From NCBI GenBank assembly GCA_963725745.1, contig CAVRZS010000003.1, forward strand, positions 428,260 to 492,259: a stretch of DNA of 64,000 bases. Direction: 5' to 3'. Positions 1 through 9,216 of this stretch are shown piece by piece. Within the stretch, counting starts at the first letter, position 1. Each line of letters begins with the position of its first letter. The stretch is from an uncultured Chloroflexia bacterium (lineage in GTDB: Bacteria > Chloroflexota > Limnocylindria > Limnocylindrales > CSP1-4). The translations under genes and the position numbers were made by a program. A model generated the notes under the pieces. It made no database searches and was not told the origin of the DNA. It saw nothing but the letters and a program-made list of their open reading frames with translations.

Positions 1-408
1 GTCCTCGATCGTGTGCGATGCCACGGTGGAGATCACCGCGATCGCGCCCGCAGCCGCTGCCGCGCGTGCCGTCGCCTTCTCGCCATCGCCGTGCGCCAGG
101 CCGTGGAGCGCGGCCGGGGCGATGCCCACGGGGAGCGCCACCTGACGGCCCAGGATCGTGGTGGAGGCGTCCACGGTCGCGACGTCGACCAGCACCCGCG
201 GCCGGAGCCGGAACGCGTCCCAGGCAGTCAGGCAGGCGCGCAGCGTGTGCTCGTCGCCGGCACCGCCCGCGTAGTAGGCCCATGCCGATGGATGCAGCCG
301 CGCCCGGGCGGGCGTCTCGAAGTCGGCGAGGCTCACGATCGCGTCGAGGTCGATCGGCGGCTCGGTCGAGGGCGGATACGAGAGACCCGGCAGGGGGGCT
401 GCGGTCAT
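1..408 (-). CDS. FMN-dependent alpha-hydroxy-acid dehydrogenase/oxidase (LldD / glycolate oxidase family), N-terminal 136 codons; continues beyond the window edge
   Basis: Own translation of the minus strand from ATG at 408..406: MTAAPLPGLSYPPSTEPPIDLDAIVSLADFETPARARLHPSAWAYYAGGAGDEHTLRACLTAWDAFRLRPRVLVDVATVDASTTILGRQVALPVGIAPAALHGLAHGDGEKATARAAAAAGAIAVISTVASHTIED. It shows typical FMN_dh N-terminal blocks. It is absent from the ORF track because it is open at the edge. Confidence 0.7.
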   Translation of the reverse strand, partial: MTAAPLPGLSYPPSTEPPIDLDAIVSLADFETPARARLHPSAWAYYAGGAGDEHTLRACLTAWDAFRLRPRVLVDVATVDASTTILGRQVALPVGIAPAALHGLAHGDGEKATARAAAAAGAIAVISTVASHTIED

Positions 409-452
409 GGTCGACAGGATAGGTGACGTGATCCGGCGTCGCGGGCGGCGCG

Positions 453-3134
453 CTAGCCGGTGACCTCGAGGTTGGCGAGGCTCGCCAGCATCGTCTTGCG
501 CCCCACCGCGGGATCGCGGAAGGCCACGGTGACCTCCTCGTCGTCGCGCGTGAGCTTCGAGGTCACGACGATCCCGTCGCCCCAGCGCGCATGATGGATG
601 CGGTCGCCGTCGCGGTACCGTCGCTCGCCCGGCACGATCGGGCGCGCGGGCACGACGCCACCCGCGGCGCGCGGCTGCGGGCCGAGCGACCCCGACGGCG
701 CACCCGCCGCGAACGCCTCCCGCTTGGCGCCCAGGTCGCGGGTCGGGCGGAACGCCTCCCCCGGGGCCGGGGCACCGGGCCGTCCGCTCCCCTCGCGGTA
801 CGCGCCGCCGCCCGAGCGGATCGCCGAGCCGAACCTGGATCGCCGGTCGCCGAACACGAGGTCGGGGTCGATGTCGACGTCGTACTCGCTGCCGCGGCGG
901 AGCTGCGGTCCGACCATGAGCTCGGCCGGGATCTCGAGCAGGAAGCGCGACGGGACGCTCATCCCGCCACCGCCCCAGGTCGCCCGGCGCCAGGCGTGGG
1001 ACAGGTACAGCCGCCGCTTCGCCCGCGTGATGCCCACGTATGCGAGGCGCCGCTCCTCTTCGAGCTCCTTCTCGTCGTCCAGGGCGCGGTTGTGGGGAAA
1101 CAGCCCCTCCTCCAGCCCGGCGATGAACACCACCGGAAACTCGAGACCCTTGGCCGCGTGGAGCGTGATCAGGGTGACCGCGTCCGAATCGCCCTCGTAC
1201 GCGTCCTGGTCGGCGACGAGCGCCGTCTCCTCGAGCAGCCGGTCGAGCGCGTCGTCGGGCGACAGGTCGTCGTAGCGGGTCGTGACCTGGCGCAGCTCGA
1301 GCAGGTTGGCCCAGCGATCCTCGCCCTCCTCCGAGCCGTCGGCGAGCATGGCGCGGTACCCGGACGCCTCGAGGACCTCGTCGAGCAGCTCCGGCAGCGG
1401 CAGCACGCCGATCCGGGTGCGCAGCCGGACGAGGAGCCGCGCGAACTCCCCCATCGCCGTCCGGATGCGCGGCGCCAGCCCCTCGACCTCGCCGGCCGCC
1501 GCCGCCTGGACCGCGAGGTACGTGTTGTCGTCGTGGGTGACCGCCCAGCGGCGCAGGGCCTCGACGCTCTTGTCCCCGATCCCCCGGGCCGGGACGTTGA
1601 TGATCCGCTCGAACGAGACGACGTCCGTGTCGGACCGCAGCACGCGCAGGTAGGCCAGGGCGTCCTTGACCTCGCGGCGCTGGTAGAACCGCGTGCCGCC
1701 GACGAGCTGGTAGCGGATGCCGTAGGTGAGGAACTTCTCCTCGATGGCTCGGGACTGCGCGTTCATCCGGTACATGACGGCGACGTCCTTCGCCCGGAAG
1801 CGGCTCGACTCGTCGTCGTCGGCGCGGCGCGTCAGCACGGAGCCGCGGCCGCCGACGAGCCCGTCGATCTGGCGCACGATCCACTCGGCCTCCTCCTCCT
1901 CGTTGAAGGCCTCGAAGCGCTGGATCGGCACGCCGCCCTGGTTCTCGGTCCACAGCTTCTTGTCGGTCCGGCGCTCGTTGCGCGACACGACGGCATGGGC
2001 CGCGTCGAGGATCAGCTGGGTCGAGCGGTAGTTCTGCTCGAGCTTGACCACCGTCGCCTCGGGATAGTCGCGCTCGAAGTCGAGGATGTTCTGGACGTTG
2101 GCCCCGCGCCAGCCGTAGATCGACTGGTCGTCGTCGCCGACGACGCACAGGTTGCGGGTGGCCGACGCGAGCGCACGGATCCACAGGTACTGCGGGCGGT
2201 TGGTGTCCTGGTACTCGTCGACGTGGAGGTAGCGCCACCGGGCGTGGTACGTCGCGAGGACCTCGGGCGACTGCTCGAACAGCTCCACGGCCCGCAGCAG
2301 GAGGTCGTCGAAGTCGAGCGCGTTGGCGGCCCGCAGGCGGTCCCGGTAGCGTCCGGCCAGGCGCGCGATCATCCGCTCCCGGTGGTTGACGGCGTGCTCG
2401 GCCAGGAACGCCTCATCGAGCATGTCGTTCTTGGCCCGGCTGATGGCGCCCAGGATCGCCGCCGGCCGGAACTCGCCCGTCGCCGGCAGGTCCTCCTCGG
2501 CGAGGATCCGCTTCATCAGCTGCTGCTGGTCGTCGGTGTCGTAGATCACGAACCGCCGGTCGAGCCCGATCGCCTCCCCGTCGCGCCGCAGCACGCGCGC
2601 GCACAGGGCATGGAACGTGCCCGCCTCGACGTCCTTGCCGACCTCGCCGGCGAGCGCCGCGATCCGCTCCCGCAGCTCGCCCGCGGCGCGATTGGTGAAC
2701 GTCACGGCCAGGATCCGGCGCGGCTGGACCGCCTTGACGCCGATCAGGTAGGCGATCCGGTGAGCGACGACGCGCGTCTTGCCGGAGCCGGCGCCGGCCA
2801 GGATGAGCAGCGGGCCCTCGGTCGTCGTGACCGCGCGCGCCTGCTCCGGGTTGAGGTGGGAGACGATCTCGTCGGCACGCGCGGCGCGGCGGGCCTCGAT
2901 CGCCGCCGCGACCGCCTCTGGATCGAGCGCGGGACCTGCCGCGGCGAGCTCGGGCTCGTGCGGCAGCTCCCGCAGCCACTCGGGCTCCTCCGGCGCGGCC
3001 ACCACGCCCGGCGCCGCGTCCGCGGCCGGCCCTTCGGGGGGCTCGCCGACGTCGAGCCAGGTCCCCTGGCCCTCGGGCTCGGCCCGCCGCGTTCCGCGGC
3101 GCTTGACGGGCTCGTTGGCACGGCTGGGACTCAC
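453..3134 (-). CDS. pcrA: ATP-dependent DNA helicase PcrA/UvrD family, with N-terminal extension and C-terminal Tudor-like tail
   Basis: 893-aa ORF with Walker A AGAGSGKTRV, DEYQDTN, and UvrD/Rep helicase blocks throughout. The C-terminus reads RYRDGDRIHHARWGDGIVVTS. GTG start at 3134. Confidence 0.9.
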   Translation of the reverse strand: MSPSRANEPVKRRGTRRAEPEGQGTWLDVGEPPEGPAADAAPGVVAAPEEPEWLRELPHEPELAAAGPALDPEAVAAAIEARRAARADEIVSHLNPEQARAVTTTEGPLLILAGAGSGKTRVVAHRIAYLIGVKAVQPRRILAVTFTNRAAGELRERIAALAGEVGKDVEAGTFHALCARVLRRDGEAIGLDRRFVIYDTDDQQQLMKRILAEEDLPATGEFRPAAILGAISRAKNDMLDEAFLAEHAVNHRERMIARLAGRYRDRLRAANALDFDDLLLRAVELFEQSPEVLATYHARWRYLHVDEYQDTNRPQYLWIRALASATRNLCVVGDDDQSIYGWRGANVQNILDFERDYPEATVVKLEQNYRSTQLILDAAHAVVSRNERRTDKKLWTENQGGVPIQRFEAFNEEEEAEWIVRQIDGLVGGRGSVLTRRADDDESSRFRAKDVAVMYRMNAQSRAIEEKFLTYGIRYQLVGGTRFYQRREVKDALAYLRVLRSDTDVVSFERIINVPARGIGDKSVEALRRWAVTHDDNTYLAVQAAAAGEVEGLAPRIRTAMGEFARLLVRLRTRIGVLPLPELLDEVLEASGYRAMLADGSEEGEDRWANLLELRQVTTRYDDLSPDDALDRLLEETALVADQDAYEGDSDAVTLITLHAAKGLEFPVVFIAGLEEGLFPHNRALDDEKELEEERRLAYVGITRAKRRLYLSHAWRRATWGGGGMSVPSRFLLEIPAELMVGPQLRRGSEYDVDIDPDLVFGDRRSRFGSAIRSGGGAYREGSGRPGAPAPGEAFRPTRDLGAKREAFAAGAPSGSLGPQPRAAGGVVPARPIVPGERRYRDGDRIHHARWGDGIVVTSKLTRDDEEVTVAFRDPAVGRKTMLASLANLEVTG

Positions 3135-3212
3135 CGGGCCATTCTAGGTTGGGCGGCTCACCCCGGCCGCCTGCCGCGGCCGGTCGCCATGGCGAGGCGC
3201 GCGCGGCTCGCG

Positions 3213-3654
3213 TCAGCGCGCGGGCGGCGGCGGGACGGGCCCACCCCACGGAGCCGGCGGACCGCCCGGTTGCGCCGGGGCCGGGTAGGGTCCGGGCGCC
3301 GGATAGGGCGCGTAGCCGTAGGCCGGATAGCCGCCCGCCGGCGGCCCGGGCGTCGTCGACTCGACCTGGATCTCGATGCCCCCGACCCAGCCCGCCACGA
3401 AGTTGTAGAGCGCGCACGCGATCGCCGTGAACACCCAGCCGATCGCACCGTAGAACAGGACGGCCAGGATCCCGAAGATCACCAGGCCCACGACGCCCAG
3501 ACCCGATGCTCAGCCGGGATTCCGCCGGGACCACGGCCACCCCGACCAGGCCGATGAGCCCGAACACGATGATGAACACCAGGGCGATCACGGCGTAGAG
3601 CGCGGCCACCATGGTGGCGGTGCGCACGATCCCGAAGCGCCGAATGCGGACCAT
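3213..3654 (-). CDS. Small membrane protein, DUF3566-like, with Pro/Tyr-rich tail; reading frame broken by one extra base
   Basis: Frame 1 from 3654 reads MVRIRRFGIVRTATMVAALYAVIALVFIIVFGLIGLVGVAVVP. Frame 2 from about 3509 to 3213 reads GLGVVGLVIFGILAVLFYGAIGWVFTAIACALYNFVAGWVGGIEIQVES plus a PGPPAGGYPAYGYAPYP tail. Joined, they resemble actinobacterial DUF3566 proteins (family recalled from memory). The span is 442 nt = 3n+1. The switch lies near 3490-3510. Confidence 0.5.
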
Positions 3655-3742
3655 GGGCGTGCTCCCGTACGGCAGAAGGACGTCCCCGAGTCTACGCGGC
3701 GGGTTCCCTCGCGCTCGTCGGTGCGCCTGGCTCGTCGGTGCG

Positions 3743-4562
3743 CTAGCTGGACGCGGGCGAGGGCTGCCCCTCGACGGGCTCGTCGATCACGAGGTCCTCG
3801 TCCCAGCGGCTGGCGTCGATCTCCGCGTGCACGTCGACCCTGCCGTCTTCGCTCGTCGCCTCCAGCGATCAGCCGCGCCGGGCGCAGCGTGAGCGCGTCG
3901 GTCTGGAGCGTGAGGTCCACGTCAACGGGCGGCAGGTCCGCTGCCTGATCGTGCGGCAGCATCAGGCCCAGGATCATCAGCGGGTCCGAGCCGGCGTCGA
4001 GGTGGACCTCGTGGCAGCGGCCGGAGGCGCTCGCGCAGGCGACCTCGCGGGTGGTGGGCACGAGTCCCGGGGTCGCGAGATACGAACGCAGCCGGTCGAC
4101 CAGCGTCAGCGGGTTGATGTCCACGCCGGCCTCCGCGGACGCACCGCCCAGCGACGCCTTCACCCAGGGGTCGTCGGGTGCCGTGCGGTACCAGGCGCCG
4201 TCCCAGACGGTCACGGTGTCCATGTCCACCTCGAGGCCATCGCTGGCGAGGTGGGTCCGGGTCTTGCCGTCCTTGGGGCGAATGTCGGCGTCGAGGGTCG
4301 TGCCGGCGAGGTCCACGGCGGCTTCGGGGCGGCCGACGAGGTTCCCGGCGATGGAGCCCGAGATCGTGCCCTCGAAGTGCACGGCGGAGGCGTCCAGGGT
4401 CGCCTGGAGCGAGCGCGCGATCATCTCCTTGGGGTCGGTCACGCGGTCGGCCGGCACCGCCGGCGCCAGCGGTCCGACGCCGAACACCGTCCCGGCTCCG
4501 AGCACGATCAGCACCAGGACGCCGACCACGGTGAGGCCCGCGAAGACGCCGGACTTGGACAT
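3743..4562 (-). CDS. Membrane-anchored LppX/LprAFG-like (LolA-fold-like) envelope protein; frame broken by one extra base near 3862-3875
   Basis: ATG at 4562: MSKSGVFAGLTVVGVLVLIVLGAG (TM anchor), then SLQATLDASAVHFEGTISGSIAGNL...VWDGAWYRT. After ...TLRPARLIA the tracked frame turns Arg-rich. The +1 frame gives a plausible end, LEATSEDGRVDVHAEIDASRWDEDLVIDEPVEGQPSPASS-TAG (stop 3743..3745). The span is 820 nt = 3n+1. Confidence 0.5.
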
Positions 4563-4688
4563 CGAGTCGCTGCTCCAATGGCGAGCCGGGCGCTGGCTCG
4601 GGGTCGTCTGTGTCGGGAGACAGGCTCGCCCCTGTCGTCCGAATCGGTCAAACGGCCAGAGGCACATCCGCCCGACAACGAGGAACGA

Positions 4689-4715
4689 CCCCCGGAGGCT
4701 GTCGCCTGCCGGGGG
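4689..4715 (-). terminator. Hairpin downstream of groEL (candidate intrinsic terminator)
   Basis: The plus strand reads CCCCCGGAGGC-TGTC-GCCTGCCGGGGG, an 11-bp GC stem with one bulge, 18 nt after the groEL stop. On the minus strand it is followed by TCGTTCCTCGTTGTC. Confidence 0.4.
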
Positions 4716-4732
4716 CCGTGTGTTGTCTCGGG

Positions 4733-6418
<1,686 letters not shown>

Positions 6419-6727
6419 TCAGTCCTCGACGATCGCGAGGATGTCCTTCTGGCTGACGATCAGCAGGTCGTCGCCCTCGACCTTGAACTCGGTCCCGGCG
6501 TACTTCGCGTACAGGACCTTCTGGCCGACGGAGACGTCGATCGCCTCGCGTGAGCCGTCGTCGAGGATCTTGCCCGGCCCGACGGCCAGGATCTCGCCCT
6601 CCTGGGGCTTCTCCTTTGCCGTGTCCGGCAGGACGATGCCGGACTTCGTCATCTCCTCACGCGGGGTGGGCTTGATGACGACGCGGTCGCCCAGCGGCTT
6701 GAGCTTCGTCGAAGAGGCGGTGGCCAA
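6419..6727 (-). CDS. groES: Co-chaperonin GroES (Cpn10)
   Basis: [52 protein letters not shown]...IVED. TTG start at 6727, preceded by GAGGAGGA 7 nt upstream. The longer tracked ORF to 6931 is upstream read-through. Confidence 0.9.
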   Translation of the reverse strand: MATASSTKLKPLGDRVVIKPTPREEMTKSGIVLPDTAKEKPQEGEILAVGPGKILDDGSREAIDVSVGQKVLYAKYAGTEFKVEGDDLLIVSQKDILAIVED

Positions 6728-6934
6728 CGTGCAATCCTCCTCTGACAGCCGCGAACCGGCCGTCAAATGGCCTGTGATGTGGACACGGGTCCTCCGGGGC
6801 GGGCTGCCCCAACTGGCCCGAGTGCAGGTCGTCGAGTGCATCTGGCCGGTTGCCGCGGACCGGTCGCGCCCACCGCTTCGGGGTGTCGTCCCGAGGGCGG
6901 GTCCGCCGGCCGCAGCCAGAACCATTAGCACTCT

Positions 6935-6961
6935 CGCCGTTAGAGTGCCAATCTACCCCCG
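6935..6961 (-). promoter_or_regulatory. CIRCE operator (HrcA binding inverted repeat) upstream of groES-groEL
   Basis: TTAGCACTC-tcgccgtta-GAGTGCCAA. This matches the consensus TTAGCACTC-N9-GAGTGCTAA with one mismatch. It lies about 208 nt upstream of the groES start. Confidence 0.85.
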
Positions 6962-7049
6962 CCCGATTGTGGCTGTCAACCGAATTCCGACGTCTCCGCG
7001 CCCCGCCGGGCGCTAGAGTTCGGCGACGGTAGGACCGCGCGGAGGGTTC

Positions 7050-8072
7050 ATGGCGACGCAGGCAGGACCGGCATCGGACGACGCGGCCGAGCACATCCTG
7101 ATCGACGCCCGGCAGTCGCTCGGGGCGGCCACGCTCGATGACCTGTTTCCCGAGGGCGAGCAGTTCCGGCAGTCGGTGCTCACGTTCACGGTGCTGCTGG
7201 CCCTCGCCGCGCTGATCGCGACCTTCGGCCTGATCCAGGACTCGGTCGCAGCGATCATCGGCGCGATGGTGGTGGCGCCCCTGGGCGGCGCGATGATGGC
7301 CCTGGCGGGCGCACTCGTCACCGGCCGCAGCCGCTGGCAGGTGAACTCGTTCGTGGAGGTCGTCCTCGGCGCGCTGATGGTCGTCGCGATCGGCTTCGGC
7401 GTCGCGGCCGTGCTCCCCGATCCTCTGACGCTCAACCCGTCGCTGGCGGCACGCACCGAGCCCGGGCTCCTGGACCTCGGCGTCGCCCTCGCCGCGGGGG
7501 CCGCCGGCGCGTTCGTCACCGTCCGCCGGACCGGGAGCGACGCGCTGCCGGGTGTCGCGATCGCCGTGTCGCTGGTCCCGCCCCTTGCGACCGTCGGGAT
7601 CTGCCTCGAGCTGGGGCGGACGAGCGACGCGGCTGGGGCGCTCACGCTGTTCCTGACCAACTTCGCCGCCATCGTCGTCATCGCCTCGATCGTGTTCGCC
7701 ATCTGCGGCGTCCGACCCGTGCCGACACCCGCGAACGCGGGCCGGGTGCTCGCCCGCGGCCTGGTCCTGGCGGTGATCGGCCTGACGCTGATCTCGATCC
7801 CACTCGCCATCACCTCCGCCGACCGGATCCGGACGGTCCTGTGGAGCAATGCGGCCGCGCCGGTCATCGAGGCATGGGTCGAGCCACAGGGACTGCGGGT
7901 GGTCGACTGGGAGATCGAGGAGGACACGCTCGGGCTCGACGTGGCGGGGCCGGCCGCGCCGACCGCCGTCGACGGCCTCGCGAGCGACCTGGCGACCGCC
8001 ATCGGCGCGCCGATCCAGCTCCGGCTCAGCTACCTCGCGGAGCAGACGACGGTCGTCCCGGCGTCGCCGTAG
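7050..8072 (+). CDS. DUF389 family integral membrane protein
   Basis: 340 aa. GGAGGG precedes ATG 7050. Multiple TM segments with the pattern AIIGAMVVAPLGGAMMALAGALVTG ... ALPGVAIAVSLVPPLATVGICLELG ... LTLFLTNFAAIVV, typical of DUF389 (from memory). Confidence 0.65.
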   Translation: MATQAGPASDDAAEHILIDARQSLGAATLDDLFPEGEQFRQSVLTFTVLLALAALIATFGLIQDSVAAIIGAMVVAPLGGAMMALAGALVTGRSRWQVNSFVEVVLGALMVVAIGFGVAAVLPDPLTLNPSLAARTEPGLLDLGVALAAGAAGAFVTVRRTGSDALPGVAIAVSLVPPLATVGICLELGRTSDAAGALTLFLTNFAAIVVIASIVFAICGVRPVPTPANAGRVLARGLVLAVIGLTLISIPLAITSADRIRTVLWSNAAAPVIEAWVEPQGLRVVDWEIEEDTLGLDVAGPAAPTAVDGLASDLATAIGAPIQLRLSYLAEQTTVVPASP

Positions 8073-8089
8073 GGCCGCCGGGCCTGTCC

Positions 8090-8920
8090 TCAGGTGCTGC
8101 GGCGGAACGCCGAGTCGTAGGCGGCGACCAAGGCGTCGCCGAGGGCATCGAGGCCGTCCTCATCGAGGCCGCGCCGAGCGCCGACCCAGCGTGCGGTCAG
8201 CGCGACGAACGCCGGCTCGTTGCGGGACCTGGGGGCGCCTCGTGGGGTCAGGAACGGAGCGTCGGTTTCGACCAGCAGGCGCGTCGACGGCACGATCGCG
8301 GCCACCTCGGCCGAGGCCTCCTCGCCGCCCCGGAACACCAGGCCGCTGAAGCTCACGGCGAGGCCCAACGCGAGCACCTCGCGAGCGTAGTCGACCGAAC
8401 CCGAGAAGCTGTGGATCACTGCGGGCGGCCGGTCGTCGAACGCGGCCGCAGCCGGCGCGCCGCCGAACCCGGCCCGGCGCAGCTCCTCGACCAGCGCGTC
8501 CTGGGCGTCGCGCGCGCCCGCCTTCGAGCGGCAATGCAGGATGGCGGGCTTGCCGGTCTCGAGGGCGAGCGCGAGGTTGCGCCGCAGGTTCTCGAGCTGG
8601 GCGTCCCAGGGCGAGAACATCCGGTCCGAATCCAGCCCCGTCTCACCGATCGCGAGGACCCGCTCGTCGCGCGCCCAGGCCTCGATGCTCGCCCACTCGC
8701 GATCAGTCACCTTCGCCGCGTCGTGGGGATGGACGCCGACGGCCGCGTCGAGCCACGGAAATCGCTCCACGATCCCTAGGGCACGCGCCGACGACGCATG
8801 GTTCCAACCCGGCACCAGGATCCGCTCGACGCCCGCGAGCCGGGCGGCTCCGAGCACCAGGTCGAGGTCGTCGGCGAACCGGTCCGCGTTGACGTGGCCG
8901 TGGGCGTCGATGAGTCGCAC
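8090..8920 (-). CDS. tatD: TatD family metal-dependent hydrolase/DNase
   Basis: 276 aa, GTG start. MRLIDAHGHVNADRF ... AIGETGLD ... PAILHCR ... VIHSFSG ... LLVETDAPFL. Confidence 0.85.
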   Translation of the reverse strand: MRLIDAHGHVNADRFADDLDLVLGAARLAGVERILVPGWNHASSARALGIVERFPWLDAAVGVHPHDAAKVTDREWASIEAWARDERVLAIGETGLDSDRMFSPWDAQLENLRRNLALALETGKPAILHCRSKAGARDAQDALVEELRRAGFGGAPAAAAFDDRPPAVIHSFSGSVDYAREVLALGLAVSFSGLVFRGGEEASAEVAAIVPSTRLLVETDAPFLTPRGAPRSRNEPAFVALTARWVGARRGLDEDGLDALGDALVAAYDSAFRRST

Positions 8921-8943
8921 GGGCCGATGCTATGCCGAGCGCC

Positions 8944-9216
8944 CTACACCTCGTCGACCGCCACCTCCTCGGCCCACAGGCGCGACCCCAGGTAGAAGCC
9001 GAGCAGGGCGTCGAGGAAGGCATCGCCCTCGTCAAGGGTGAGCACGCGGCCGCGCTCGTCCCGCCCACCCTGGGCGATCAAGAACTCGATCCCCTCGCGC
9101 TCCTCCGGGATGAGCACCTCGACCTCGGCCGCTTCGCCCGGTTCGCGGACGGTCAGGCGGGCGAGTGGCTCGATGACGGCGTCAGGTGTGCGACTGAGGA
9201 GGAGGACGGCCCTCAC
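8944..9216 (-). CDS. Small acidic hypothetical protein (90 codons), translationally coupled to the giant upstream gene
   Basis: GTG start at 9216..9214 overlaps the TGA of the 1388-aa ORF (GTGA). Sequence: VRAVLLLSRTPDAVIEPLARLTVREPGEAAEVEVLIPEEREGIEFLIAQGGRDERGRVLTLDEGDAFLDALLGFYLGSRLWAEEVAVDEV. I recognise no family. Confidence 0.5.
   Translation of the reverse strand: MRAVLLLSRTPDAVIEPLARLTVREPGEAAEVEVLIPEEREGIEFLIAQGGRDERGRVLTLDEGDAFLDALLGFYLGSRLWAEEVAVDEV

Noticed and set aside
591-3557. Very long Arg/Pro/Gly-rich ORFs antisense or out of frame to real genes (also 15075..18128, 28869..31565, 25369..27027 N-terminal part, 22149..25406, 39172..40848, 45843..47636 and many others)
   Set aside because: This is the typical consequence of very high GC content, which makes stop codons rare in all frames. 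The composition is Arg/Ala/Gly/Pro-dominated, and each ORF overlaps a gene with clear family motifs.
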